This document shows positions 1 through 9,834 of a DNA stretch of 50,029 bases, piece after piece; the stretch's first letter is position 1, and each line of letters starts with the position of its first letter. Origin of the DNA: a virus (Duplodnaviria; Caudoviricetes); IMG/VR virus record IMGVR_UViG_3300037424_001012, positions 1 through 50,029 of that record, one strand, 5' to 3'. A model generated the notes under the pieces. It did not search any database and was not told the DNA's origin. It saw nothing but the letters and a program-made list of their open reading frames with translations. A program made the position numbers and the translations under genes.

Positions 1-145
1 CCAGTTTGTTTCTTCGCCTGTTCTTCTTCCTTGTCTGACTCTCTGGAGTCTTTGTCATCCTCGTTTTCTTCCGGTACCTGAAGGCTCTCAGGACTTTTCG
101 GGGAGGACCTACTCTTTTTCTCCTGCTTCTTCTTACTGTATTCAT
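1..145 (-). CDS. partial hypothetical protein (runs off window start)
   Basis: ATG at 145 with GAGAGG RBS 5 nt upstream; frame is open to base 1 and Arg/Lys-rich. An alternative acidic frame without a start codon is also open. Confidence 0.35.
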   Translation of the reverse strand, partial: MNTVRRSRRKRVGPPRKVLRAFRYRKKTRMTKTPESQTRKKNRRRNKL

Positions 146-184
146 AGTTACCTCTCTTTATTAAATCGCTTCTGAGAAGGGATA

Positions 185-1861
185 TTAAAAATGCTTTGAA
201 GGTGGTATCTCAAGAAGTCCGCATATCCTTGTATCGTACTTGAGATACACCTGGCCGTATGCTCCAGATAACCTATCCTTCAGAATCATAAGGATTAAGC
301 TGTTCCTTATGATAGGATCTGGGTTCATTGAGTCCCTGACCAGGCCCCATATATCGGTAGAGAAACGCCATTGCCCTCTTGATCCTGCAAACTGCGAGGG
401 TTTGACTATACCGCCTTCGCTGTGGTCCTTACCCTTCTCTGGGTTATTCAAATGGTTTACGTGAAATATTGTGCAACCCCATTCGTGGATTAATCTTGCC
501 ATATGCATCATAGCTGAATTGATGAATTGATTCCCATCTCCACTACTTAGGTGTGCATGTAATGCGGATAGAGGGTCTATCCAGTGGACCTTTACTCCCT
601 CGAACGACATATACCTCATACACTCTACTATATCTGACCAATCCTTATAGCCTGCATGGTCGTAGTAAAACACCCTACCAGCAAGAGAATCCAGGACTCT
701 CTCCAGCTCAGCAGGATTGTAGGTAACTCCAGGAAGGTGAATCGGAGTACCCATTATATGACCTGCGAGTCTCCGCAGGGAAGAAGCTGGGTGTTCCTCA
801 AGAGAGAATATGCCTTGCTTAAGGCCATGCTTGTATACCAAATATTGCTGCAAGCACTGGGTAAACACTGTCTTCCCTGCTCCTGGACCCCCACCTATCC
901 CTATCAATCTCCTTGGCGTAAGGCCGTATGTATGTTTTGTCAAGGTTGGGTATGGGTAGGGTATTCCATGCTCAACCGGCTTCAATACCATATCCCTTAT
1001 AGAAGGGATACTTGTGTCAACTATGTACGAGGGTTTGTACTGCTGTGCCCTTCTAAAACACTGAAGGTACTCATCGACCCTGTGGTTCCTCAGCATAAGC
1101 TCTGAGTCTTTCTCGGGCAACCTCATAATCTTGATATGGGGTATGAGCTTAGCTATCTCAGGGACAACTCTCTCACCTGCATCATCAGTATCAGGCACAT
1201 AAATAAGGTTACGTGCTTTACTAAGGATCTCCTTATTGTCCCGAAGGACCTTCAGATTATTACCGTTTGGGAGGGATAGTGACCTAAGCAATCGGATATT
1301 CTTCATTACCGAAAGCATAAAGAATCCCGCCATTGAATCGATTTGGCCTTCATGTATAAGAATATGATCCGGCCAAACATTGATCGTGCTTGTCCCAAAC
1401 AACTCAAGGAACTCAGGAAGCTCCTCGTTCTTATGTAGATTGTAAAATTCTTTAGGTAACAACCGGACCTTATACGTAACTATCCGACCGTATGATGTTA
1501 TAGGGTAGAAGTGTCTTACTTGTTCTCCTGTACACTGGTCGTACTCTACCTTGCACATGTAACGGTTAACCACATCTACGGGTATATCGCGTATAGGCCC
1601 TGCACTCATCTTGAGAACGTCAGTTACTGTCAATCGCTTCTGAGAAGGGAAAGTCAAGTTGTTCTCGAATTTTTGCATGAAGCTTTTATTCGAGCTTGAC
1701 TTTTCAATCAAGGGATTCTCTTTGAGATCTTCAAAATAAGGAGGATGTAATATGCCATTCCTGGCACATGCCCACCTGTTACCTTCCCTCATGATAAACA
1801 GGTGATCTCCATCCTTATCTCGCCCCATATCTCTACATCGGGGACAAGGTCTATTGCGCAT
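185..1861 (-). CDS. DNA primase-helicase (T7 gp4/Twinkle-like)
   Basis: N-terminal Zn-binding CPRC; TOPRIM motifs EGQIDS and DTDDAG; DnaB-type Walker A GGPGAGKT, FSLEE, IDPL and LKDR. Confidence 0.92.
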   Translation of the reverse strand: MRNRPCPRCRDMGRDKDGDHLFIMREGNRWACARNGILHPPYFEDLKENPLIEKSSSNKSFMQKFENNLTFPSQKRLTVTDVLKMSAGPIRDIPVDVVNRYMCKVEYDQCTGEQVRHFYPITSYGRIVTYKVRLLPKEFYNLHKNEELPEFLELFGTSTINVWPDHILIHEGQIDSMAGFFMLSVMKNIRLLRSLSLPNGNNLKVLRDNKEILSKARNLIYVPDTDDAGERVVPEIAKLIPHIKIMRLPEKDSELMLRNHRVDEYLQCFRRAQQYKPSYIVDTSIPSIRDMVLKPVEHGIPYPYPTLTKHTYGLTPRRLIGIGGGPGAGKTVFTQCLQQYLVYKHGLKQGIFSLEEHPASSLRRLAGHIMGTPIHLPGVTYNPAELERVLDSLAGRVFYYDHAGYKDWSDIVECMRYMSFEGVKVHWIDPLSALHAHLSSGDGNQFINSAMMHMARLIHEWGCTIFHVNHLNNPEKGKDHSEGGIVKPSQFAGSRGQWRFSTDIWGLVRDSMNPDPIIRNSLILMILKDRLSGAYGQVYLKYDTRICGLLEIPPSKHF

Positions 1862-1865
1862 ACTA

Positions 1866-3467
1866 TCACCATTTTGCTTCTTGAAACTTTGTTTCTGAGA
1901 ACGAGTAGCTTAGTCCTACTGTAGTAGCAAAAGACATAGCTGTATCCACATGCTTATCCTCGCTCAATTTGTTGACGTACACTATACGGTAGGCACTTTC
2001 TGCCGGAAGACCACTGGTGTACAACCTGCACATAGCTTTTAAGCCTCTCATAGATATCGTCAAAGGTAGATCCCCATTCTTCAGGGCCTTCCTCACAAAG
2101 TTTGCTACCTTTACAAATGCATCCAAAGATTCATAAGGTATGGTTGGGAACAAGTCAGCGAGTATACGTATCTCAACTTCAGGAGCCAGGTAATCCACAT
2201 CAATAGTAAGCTCGAACCTGTCAAGCATACTGGTATCCTGGATCTGAGTAGCAGCGTACGCCACCTTTTGATCTCCAAGACCTTTAACGTTATCCGTAGC
2301 TACTATCCGAGCCATGGGGTGCGGTATAACAACCTTCTCCGATAAAGCTCCTGGCTTCTCGTAGAGAATTAGGTGGCCGTCTTCCTCGTATACCGTGTGA
2401 AACCCCATCTGGGTTTCTGCGGTTATTTTGAAGATTTCGTCTATCGCTATTACATACCCCTCTCTGAGAGCTATAGGTAGCAAGCCCTCATCGAACTGGG
2501 TACCTTCAGAGCTGGCCCATAAGAAGCCCAGGAAAGAACTCTCATCCATGTTCGCCTTACCTTGCAGACGAATGTAAGGCTGGTATATCAAGGCACAAAA
2601 CTGTTGTAAGGATGAAGTCTTACCTGTACCTGAGTAGCCTGACAGGAGAGCTTTAAGGTTATGCCTATGAGCAAGAAAGATAACCTCAAGGACATCTGGA
2701 TTCCAGGCGAAGTATTCCTTCACATCAGGGACATCATTCCTTGCCTCCTCAGAGAAAGGATAGTCAGGGCTATATGGATCGAATGCAGTAATCAGATGAT
2801 CCACTCCGGACTTCGGCAGCTTACCTCCGGTCACATCACTGAGCCAGAATTGGCAGGGTTTTATCGGAGAGCTTGGAGGAATAAGCTTCGCTCTCTTTTC
2901 AGATACCCACCTATCCCTTGCCATATTCTCAACGTAACTGCGGTTATTACCCTGGCCTGTGTTGCTGGTATTGACAGGCTCAAACTCCCCATCTTGGAAA
3001 GGGCTTGGGGAGTTAGGAGGATTACCTTGCTGTGTTGGGGTTCCTCCGGTCCCATTCGCTTTGTTCATTATCATATTAACGATACCTTCTCCAACAACTT
3101 CAGGGCTTACAGGGTTTTTGTTACTTCCAGTAGGAGAAGATGCCGTTCCAGATTTACCTTTCTCCTTGGCTGCATTCAAGGCCTTCCGCTCTTGCTCTGA
3201 AGTACCTACACCTACACCAGCAGTTGATTTTTTCTTACCTCCTTTCTTTGTGTTAGGTTGCTGCTCTGGTCCTGAAGATCCCATGGAAGGGTCATTACTA
3301 GGCTCGAACATATCTTCGGAGAAGATCATGCTCCCTCCTCCTTCGGGAAAGAATACCTCCCATCCGTCCTTAGAGCGTGTAGCTCTGTACAGTACGCCTT
3401 TCTCGAAGTTAAACATAGATAACTTAACTGTACCGAGAAAGACTTTCTTATCCTGTTGTTGCGACAT
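1866..3467 (-). CDS. MoxR/CbbQ/CobS-family AAA+ ATPase
   Basis: Walker A GYSGTGKT, Walker B IAIDEI, sensor ATDN, LDRF arginine finger, SMRGL sensor II; long low-complexity N-terminal part. Confidence 0.88.
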   Translation of the reverse strand: MSQQQDKKVFLGTVKLSMFNFEKGVLYRATRSKDGWEVFFPEGGGSMIFSEDMFEPSNDPSMGSSGPEQQPNTKKGGKKKSTAGVGVGTSEQERKALNAAKEKGKSGTASSPTGSNKNPVSPEVVGEGIVNMIMNKANGTGGTPTQQGNPPNSPSPFQDGEFEPVNTSNTGQGNNRSYVENMARDRWVSEKRAKLIPPSSPIKPCQFWLSDVTGGKLPKSGVDHLITAFDPYSPDYPFSEEARNDVPDVKEYFAWNPDVLEVIFLAHRHNLKALLSGYSGTGKTSSLQQFCALIYQPYIRLQGKANMDESSFLGFLWASSEGTQFDEGLLPIALREGYVIAIDEIFKITAETQMGFHTVYEEDGHLILYEKPGALSEKVVIPHPMARIVATDNVKGLGDQKVAYAATQIQDTSMLDRFELTIDVDYLAPEVEIRILADLFPTIPYESLDAFVKVANFVRKALKNGDLPLTISMRGLKAMCRLYTSGLPAESAYRIVYVNKLSEDKHVDTAMSFATTVGLSYSFSETKFQEAKW

Positions 3468-3479
3468 TTCGATCTCCTC

Positions 3480-5204
3480 TTACTTTAGTAGGTTACTCTC
3501 AAGGGTTTCCAGTACAGCTCCTTCAAGCTGCTCCATCTGGTTTATAACCCTGTAGTCCTTATAAAAATCCTTTACGTAATGAGACTTAATACCTATAACC
3601 GCCAAATGAATAGACGTGTACTTGTATATGTCACTCACTACTTGCTTCAGGTAGAAAGACCCTGACCCCAGGAAGGTACCATAGGGCCTACCATCTGATA
3701 ATATGATAATAAGCTTGTTCTTCTCCGGCCTGAGTACCAACCTTTCAGCCGCGAACAATAAGCTCTCACCATCCGTGTTGTTTTCGTGGACAACATCCGA
3801 GCTAGAGAGCTTATCCAAAAGACTCTTGATAGTGGATGCTTCGTTGAACTCCTTGAAGATATACATTTTGTGGTACTTGCTTCCTTCGGTATAACCGAGC
3901 ACTTCATAGTTGACATTGATACCCTTGAGAACCTCAGCAAGGGATAACGCGGAAGCTGCTGCGAGTACATACTTTGAGTCCTGGCCTATACTAACCTTGT
4001 CACCTTTTACAATCATAGATCCCGAGCAATCCACAAGGAGGGTAACAGCCGAATCAAGCTCAAGCTTGCTCCCTTTTTTATCCATGAATATCTTTGGTTG
4101 TACCTTACCTGAGTCTTGCAGGTAAAGCCTATGAAGTTTACTAGGGGATATCTTCTTTCCCCTCTTGAGGTTATGCCGTGTTCTTGTCCTGGACATATTC
4201 AAAAGCTTTTGTCTTAGGGTATAACTGAGTGTTGACTTGTTGAACTCCTGAGATATAAAGTCCCTCACTTTTGACATAACAAAGGCTCCTTCCCTTACTC
4301 TCACCCTCCTTTGATCCGTATGGGGGATATAGAACTCCTCCTTATTGTCCTTGTACTCCTTTATAATCTGGTCGATAGGGACATCCTGCTGGTTATCATG
4401 CAGGTCCTTGACGAGATCGTTCGTATCTTCAACAAACTCTCTCTCAGCAGGGCTAGGAGGAGTATAATCTTCCTCTTCATTTCGCTTCTGAGAAGGGAAA
4501 TAGCGAAGGAGTATATCCTTCAGCTTCAAAGATAACTGGCATACTCCATCTACAGACTTGTATTTCTGTAGCTCTTCTAGGTTGGCACTAACAAGCTCAC
4601 TATACAACTCTTTTGCCGCATCCTTCACGATGGGGCACTTCTTATACGGGAGCATCGTGACAAAGTTAACCATCCATTTCTCTCGGTATTTGAAATCAGC
4701 CATGAGTAAAGCCATAAGTCCCAGAGCTGATTCTTTACCCTTAAGCTCTTCTTCACTCCAGGAGTTTATCTGGTCCAGGAACTTAGAGAATTTTGGTTCA
4801 TATGAAAGCCTGAAGCTCGATAGTATAAAAGCTCTCCCTCGGTACTCAGAATAGCTTGTTCTTTCTGCCATGATATCCACGACAGCATTAAGCACTATCT
4901 CCTGGAGCTTCATAATCTCTTCAGTAGTTTGACCTAGCTTGGTTAACAGAGCAGGCATTATATCATAGTGCCATAGGTTATCTGGGTTTAGGTGAGCACT
5001 CTCATGGTAAGCTGTGCCTATCCACCTTAAGGGGTCTGTAGATGATATAAGGGGGAGCTTTACCAGCCTCACGTATCCTCCCTTCGCTGGGTGATAATAG
5101 TAGTACGCTTTAGGTACCACAATATTAGCGCTCTCGGTAACGTCTATATCCCTGTGCTGGCACCATACGCGTATAAATGCTCTTGTAGAGTATATCGATT
5201 CCAT
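3480..5204 (-). CDS. CobT-like vWA-domain protein (partner of the AAA+ ATPase)
   Basis: MIDAS motif LLVDCSGSM and IILSDGRP; N-terminal HESAH (HExxH); adjacent to the MoxR ATPase. Confidence 0.88.
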   Translation of the reverse strand: MESIYSTRAFIRVWCQHRDIDVTESANIVVPKAYYYYHPAKGGYVRLVKLPLISSTDPLRWIGTAYHESAHLNPDNLWHYDIMPALLTKLGQTTEEIMKLQEIVLNAVVDIMAERTSYSEYRGRAFILSSFRLSYEPKFSKFLDQINSWSEEELKGKESALGLMALLMADFKYREKWMVNFVTMLPYKKCPIVKDAAKELYSELVSANLEELQKYKSVDGVCQLSLKLKDILLRYFPSQKRNEEEDYTPPSPAEREFVEDTNDLVKDLHDNQQDVPIDQIIKEYKDNKEEFYIPHTDQRRVRVREGAFVMSKVRDFISQEFNKSTLSYTLRQKLLNMSRTRTRHNLKRGKKISPSKLHRLYLQDSGKVQPKIFMDKKGSKLELDSAVTLLVDCSGSMIVKGDKVSIGQDSKYVLAAASALSLAEVLKGINVNYEVLGYTEGSKYHKMYIFKEFNEASTIKSLLDKLSSSDVVHENNTDGESLLFAAERLVLRPEKNKLIIILSDGRPYGTFLGSGSFYLKQVVSDIYKYTSIHLAVIGIKSHYVKDFYKDYRVINQMEQLEGAVLETLESNLLK

Positions 5205-5749
5205 TACATGAGCCTCCCTATATCACGCTGCATTGCGTTATCTTGGCATCGTGGGCACAATGCCGTCATCAGATACTCTGCCTCATAGCCAGGGCTCAAG
5301 CCCGACGGAACGACCATGTCACATCCGGTACACTTCCTTTCAAACAGATACTTCTTTACGTCTTTACCACATACCTCAGATAGCTTCCTAAGTACAGGCT
5401 CCTTACCCTCATCACTCATGCCTTGTATCCTGTGGTACCTGGAGACCTTCAGCGCTTCCATAAAATGATAGGGGTTATACCCACTATCCTCAGGTTCATA
5501 TATCCGAGTAATAACTGCATCATTAAGGTTGATATAAGTTATGTCCCTATGCAGCCCATCTATAGTAGCAAATTCTCTTGGAACCATAACCCTCACTGCG
5601 CCTGCTTTCTCCACGGAAGCAAATACAACCCCATCAGGCCAACCATTTGCAAGAACCACCTCCATTATAGATGATTTTATAATTATAGCTTTCTTACTCG
5701 ATTTGAATAAGTCCACCTTTATTGCATCTATCCATTGTTTATCTTCCAT
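5204..5749 (-). CDS. hypothetical protein with C-terminal Zn ribbon
   Basis: CTGC...CPRC; GAGG RBS; stop/start overlap with the vWA gene. Confidence 0.7.
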   Translation of the reverse strand: MEDKQWIDAIKVDLFKSSKKAIIIKSSIMEVVLANGWPDGVVFASVEKAGAVRVMVPREFATIDGLHRDITYINLNDAVITRIYEPEDSGYNPYHFMEALKVSRYHRIQGMSDEGKEPVLRKLSEVCGKDVKKYLFERKCTGCDMVVPSGLSPGYEAEYLMTALCPRCQDNAMQRDIGRLM

Positions 5750-5847
5750 ATCCTCTACCTCGTTGAAGTTTTATGGAGAGAGTACATCATAATATGTGCT
5801 ATAGCAAATAGCTTTAGGCTATAGCACTCATAGGTTTAACCGAGGAT

Positions 5848-6234
5848 TCATTCTGTAGTTTTGTCTTCGGTACTGTCTGATTTTTTCTTATTGACGTACA
5901 AGACTTTATCACCCTCCTTGTTCTCCGATACATGGGCAAGGATACTCTCTCCTTTGTAGAACTTATTGGAGCCATAGAAATCTCTCCTTGATCGTCCGTC
6001 TTTATCCTCCTCACCATTCTCATTAAGGGTTCGGGTAAAGAATTTGATATCCCTGGAAGATCCGGCCTTTACTTTCTTTACCTCATAGATAGGCTTTACT
6101 TCAGCTATGGATGTTTCCAGGTCATCTGGAGGGATATCCCCGTTGTATTCGAAACAACCCATGAACAGGGGATAATCGATCAATGTGTGGATAAACTCTC
6201 TCTTGGTTATCTTCTCGAAATTCTGCTTAATCAT
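5848..6234 (-). CDS. hypothetical protein
   Basis: 128-aa ORF with AGGAGG RBS. Confidence 0.7.
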   Translation of the reverse strand: MIKQNFEKITKREFIHTLIDYPLFMGCFEYNGDIPPDDLETSIAEVKPIYEVKKVKAGSSRDIKFFTRTLNENGEEDKDGRSRRDFYGSNKFYKGESILAHVSENKEGDKVLYVNKKKSDSTEDKTTE

Positions 6235-6243
6235 AACGTCCTC

Positions 6244-6819
6244 CTACAATCTATAACCCTGAGCGGATGCTCTTCGATAGTGGTGCCCGAGAAGGGATAC
6301 TTTGAACTCAGATACCCTGCCGTCTATGTACCACTTCCCGCCTTTGCGCTGGAGAGTTGTGGGTAACTTGTATCCGGTTATGCTGGCCAGTTTCCTTACC
6401 CTGTTCATATGAAGAGCATCGTCTATAAGCATAGCTTCTTCGGAGATGGAGGAAGGGCCATTGCCTATCTGTCCTTCCAAGAATGGGACCTTCACGCACC
6501 ATGTTGAATGAGTAGTCTTAATGCTGACGATCTCGAAGCGGGTTATGTTCCCGTACACTCTTTTGAATTCAGGAGAAAGTACAGGACTTAGCCAGTCAGT
6601 GTCATTCCTATCGCCCTGGAATCTAATAGTTACCAATCCAGATACGATATTCAATATCATTGATTGGCACCCCAAACCAGAGGGAAGCATAGGCTCAAGC
6701 AGAGCTGTGTTACCGGACATGTGGCAAACGATCTGAGTACCCCTAGCTTTTATCGAAGCGTACTCAACCATTCTTCTCGCTACATCACTGGGTATTCTGG
6801 TTTTCAGTATTACTCTCAT
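6244..6819 (-). CDS. hypothetical protein
   Basis: 191-aa ORF with GGAGG RBS. Confidence 0.7.
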   Translation of the reverse strand: MRVILKTRIPSDVARRMVEYASIKARGTQIVCHMSGNTALLEPMLPSGLGCQSMILNIVSGLVTIRFQGDRNDTDWLSPVLSPEFKRVYGNITRFEIVSIKTTHSTWCVKVPFLEGQIGNGPSSISEEAMLIDDALHMNRVRKLASITGYKLPTTLQRKGGKWYIDGRVSEFKVSLLGHHYRRASAQGYRL

Positions 6820-6997
6820 GATTCTACCTCCTTGATCTTTTGTTGTTGGGGCTACGGCTTATCCATAGCCCCATGTCTATACCTCAAATCACTTCTTCAA
6901 ATCACTTCTCAGAAGCGATACAGCTTATAATACAGCTTAATACTTCCGGATCTTTCTCTTTATTGGGAGCATCGGGGTCTTCCTTTTGCTTCTTGAC

Positions 6998-7375
6998 TTA
7001 CTGAAGCTTCTGGATCTCCTGAGTCTTCCGCTCTTTATCCTCCAGGATTCGGATAATTTCATCTGCTGCCTCCTGCTTTTCCTGAATACGGGCACGGACT
7101 CTCTGAGCTTCATCCCAACTGTCCATCAATATCTCGGAAACTTCCGCTCGTATAGCCTCCATGTATTCAGGGTCTACCACTGTATTAAGAGGAGCGTTGT
7201 TGACAATAAGCAGAAGTATAGAACCAATTATCGTTTCCTGTGGAGCTTTCTCTACTTCTTTCGCCATAGCTCTCCCGAATATTCCCTGGAGATACGGTTG
7301 CACTACTCCCTTGAAGAAGCTATCCAGTGCTTCTTCAAAGTTTGCAAAACCGGGTCCTAATTCCGGGTCACCCAT
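6998..7375 (-). CDS. hypothetical coiled-coil protein
   Basis: 125-aa ORF; the frame stays open past its TAA to a TGA at 6902. Confidence 0.6.
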   Translation of the reverse strand: MGDPELGPGFANFEEALDSFFKGVVQPYLQGIFGRAMAKEVEKAPQETIIGSILLLIVNNAPLNTVVDPEYMEAIRAEVSEILMDSWDEAQRVRARIQEKQEAADEIIRILEDKERKTQEIQKLQ

Positions 7376-7511
7376 ACCACTTAAGAAGATAACTCTGAGT
7401 CCTTTTTTTCAGTTGAGGGACTAGATAGGTATCCGAGCCGTCAGAGTTAGCAGCTTTATCAAGCTTGATAAGATATGCAGATGGTTGTTGATGTTTTCTA
7501 ATTACTATCAT
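7368..7511 (-). CDS. small hypothetical protein (47 aa, not in ORF track)
   Basis: Manual translation MIVIRKHQQP...LLKWYG; AGGAG RBS; overlaps both neighbours. Confidence 0.5.
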   Translation of the reverse strand: MIVIRKHQQPSAYLIKLDKAANSDGSDTYLVPQLKKRTQSYLLKWYG

Positions 7512-7677
7512 TACGATTCTCCTTCTTTATGTTGGGGCACCCACGCTCATGAGTAGGGGTGCCATTGATTACTACAGCCAAACACTGTGAGCACGCTACT
7601 GTGCTTGATCTGCGAGTTGAGCTGTAGTAACTTTTGTCGAACCCCTCGTCCTTAAGATCCTTTACTGTTCTTTTCAT
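7498..7677 (-). CDS. small Zn-finger-like protein (59 aa, not in ORF track)
   Basis: Manual translation MKRTVKDL...CSQCLAVVINGTPTHERGCPN; GAGG RBS. Confidence 0.65.
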   Translation of the reverse strand: MKRTVKDLKDEGFDKSYYSSTRRSSTVACSQCLAVVINGTPTHERGCPNIKKENRNDSN

Positions 7678-7739
7678 AGTTAAACCTCACTCTTCTTTTC
7701 TATCCACTAATTGACCCCACAATGGATAAACTTTACCGT

Positions 7740-8087
7740 TTATCTGCTCCATAATTTTTCCTCCAACTCAGTTGGTTTTGGTATCTTAGCCAAGTTATGG
7801 GACCTCGGTTTACCTGATCCCAGTAACTTATTAGCCCCATATGCCATGCTCTGCCTTACTCTGTTCTCTTCCATCTTCCTATCGATAAAAGAGGGATACA
7901 GTATATCTTTGTTTTCTTCCGCCAAGGGGTCATACTTCCTCAGCCGGATATACAGCACTGAGTTACTTACACCTGCAATAGCAGCAAGCTCAGCTAGGGA
8001 GCGGTTCTCACCGTCACTGCATTTTCTTAAGGTACACATTTTACCGCCCTTCACTGCTCTGAAGGGCTCTGATGCGATGGAGATCAT
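7740..8087 (-). CDS. putative HTH DNA-binding protein
   Basis: RSLAELAAIAGVSNSVLYIRLRK helix-turn-helix pattern; start moved to the ATG at 8087, just after the stop of the upstream gene. Confidence 0.6.
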   Translation of the reverse strand: MISIASEPFRAVKGGKMCTLRKCSDGENRSLAELAAIAGVSNSVLYIRLRKYDPLAEENKDILYPSFIDRKMEENRVRQSMAYGANKLLGSGKPRSHNLAKIPKPTELEEKLWSR

Positions 8088-8088
8088 T

Positions 8089-8655
8089 TTACTTTCCCTT
8101 CTCAGAAGCGATATCCTCTGAACTTTCGATCTCCACGAACAGGTAATCGAACCTCTCATGAAAAATAACACCGTTTTTGTCCTTAAGCTGCTGCTTAGAT
8201 ATATCATGGACCTTGTGCGGTCCATAACATCTGGTTGGCTGAGCGTGGACGAGATCCCCAGGGATATAGACTTTATCCCCTACCGAAAGATCCTCCCAGT
8301 ATACAGTCTTCTTACTCACCAGACTTCTACTCATCATTTCAATACCTCTTTTGCTGAATTGCTCTTCTGTTTCCATCAACATGTGCTGAACTGACTCGTT
8401 GATGTCCCTTTGGTAGAAGGCGGGGTAATCCCCTGTCTTCCTTATCGACTCACACATTACCCAACTCATAGCTGACCAGGGCCAGTAGTAAAAGTTCTTT
8501 ACAACCCTCCCTGTGTCCTCCCATTTTCCGCTTGGCATCAATCTCAGGACTTTACACTCGTCTTCGGCGTAGTCAGCCTTAAGGATAAATATCTCGTTAA
8601 ACAGGTAAGCTATAGTTACGAATACTCCGTCGCTGTGCAGCATTTGATCCATCAT
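8089..8655 (-). CDS. hypothetical protein
   Basis: 188-aa ORF with AGGAGG RBS. Confidence 0.7.
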   Translation of the reverse strand: MMDQMLHSDGVFVTIAYLFNEIFILKADYAEDECKVLRLMPSGKWEDTGRVVKNFYYWPWSAMSWVMCESIRKTGDYPAFYQRDINESVQHMLMETEEQFSKRGIEMMSRSLVSKKTVYWEDLSVGDKVYIPGDLVHAQPTRCYGPHKVHDISKQQLKDKNGVIFHERFDYLFVEIESSEDIASEKGK

Positions 8656-8665
8656 TTGGCCCTCC

Positions 8666-9049
8666 TTACTCTATCTTCAGTCTTCGCCCACATATGGGGC
8701 ACAGGTAACAATCCATGCCTATGTTAAAGAGAGTGTTACCGCAGGAACAGGTGTATATAAGCTCGTCATCAGCAAAGGAAAACCTCCCTGAGTACACACC
8801 CTTGTCAGCATGGCACCTTGGGCACTCAAGCCAAGTGTAGGCTCTATTTGGGGTATCTCGGTATGCTGTCCACCTATGGCTACAGGCCAGGCAATAAGCT
8901 CCCATGGGGCCTTGAAGTCCAGGTGTACTTACAACCTTAAGCTCCCTGGTTTCCTGCTTGGTTTCCTGCTTGGTTTCCCGCTCGGTTTCCTTATGCTCCT
9001 TCGGGGTTTTCCTGATCTCCAGGAGTTTGATTATCTTCATCCTCTCCAT
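8666..9049 (-). CDS. Zn-ribbon protein
   Basis: CLAC, CPRC, CSCG, CPIC; 12-bp ETKQ repeats at 8947-8990. Confidence 0.65.
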   Translation of the reverse strand: MERMKIIKLLEIRKTPKEHKETERETKQETKQETRELKVVSTPGLQGPMGAYCLACSHRWTAYRDTPNRAYTWLECPRCHADKGVYSGRFSFADDELIYTCSCGNTLFNIGMDCYLCPICGRRLKIE

Positions 9050-9455
9050 CTCCTTTATACTCCTTTACCCTGTTGTCTACATCTTCATACGGTAAGCCAA
9101 GAGCCGACCAGGCAGAATCGGTAATGAAGAGGAACCTATAATTCAAAGCCCAGTCTACCATGGACTCAGGCTTTATGGCTTCCTTAATGAAGTCGTCTTT
9201 TACCACAGCAAACCACCCAGTCCTGTATGGGTTAGGTGGGGAATCGCCTTTGGGCTTCATCTCCTCATCGGTGGTGCTATCTCTTATGGATATAAGGATA
9301 ACGCCCAACCCCATGTACCTCTTGCATTTATCGCATGGTTCTGTGCTGTAGATTGCCTGTCTTTCAAGGGTCTTCTTCATTCTTGTGTGAATCGCAATAC
9401 CATAAGCTTCTCCACAATAATAACACTGCATCATACCAACATGTGATTTGTCCAT
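8991..9455 (-). CDS. hypothetical protein with Zn-finger-like N-terminus
   Basis: CYYC...CDKC; AGGAG RBS. Confidence 0.7.
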   Translation of the reverse strand: MDKSHVGMMQCYYCGEAYGIAIHTRMKKTLERQAIYSTEPCDKCKRYMGLGVILISIRDSTTDEEMKPKGDSPPNPYRTGWFAVVKDDFIKEAIKPESMVDWALNYRFLFITDSAWSALGLPYEDVDNRVKEYKGDGEDEDNQTPGDQENPEGA

Positions 9456-9491
9456 TGTATTTCTCCTTCGTTTTTTGTTTTTGATTTGGTA

Positions 9492-9830
9492 CTAGAATTG
9501 GCATCCTATGAATGCAGATGATCCACCTTTAGTGGTAGCATTAAATGCTCCTGTTGAGGCTATCTCCGAGAGATCGGTATCCATACTTTTTATCCTATCT
9601 TTAAGAGACTCTTCAGGGTCTAAAGTCATTAAGCAACAGGCACCCTCTTTCACTTCATCCTCGTTTAAAGGCTCAAATCTGGCTCCCTTCTTGGTAGTGA
9701 AGCCGAAACTCCAGCAAGAGTACATCCCCGCTTCAGGATCTACCTTCTTCACATAAGCCTCTATTTCATCATCGTGGAATCGATAGATAAACTCAGTCCC
9801 TTCCATCTTCTTCATTTCTTCCTTTGTCAT
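9492..9830 (-). CDS. hypothetical protein, paralog of 10713..11060
   Basis: Shared MEGTEF, AYVKKVD, SCWS, KEGACCL and C-terminal GCxF. Confidence 0.75.
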   Translation of the reverse strand: MTKEEMKKMEGTEFIYRFHDDEIEAYVKKVDPEAGMYSCWSFGFTTKKGARFEPLNEDEVKEGACCLMTLDPEESLKDRIKSMDTDLSEIASTGAFNATTKGGSSAFIGCQF

Positions 9831-9834
9831 CCTA

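Noticed and set aside
1-190. Programmed frameshift from the primase-helicase stop into the acidic open frame running off the window
   Set aside because: There is no canonical slippery heptamer, a normal RBS and ATG exist at 145, and the window end prevents evaluation.
1866-5204. cobS/cobT as cobalamin-synthesis auxiliary metabolic genes
   Set aside because: No CobN or other cob gene is in the window; the motifs only support a generic MoxR-vWA pair.
6998-7000. Stop-codon reassignment (alternative genetic code)
   Set aside because: Only one suspicious in-frame TAA; all long genes are intact under the standard code and all three stop codons are used.
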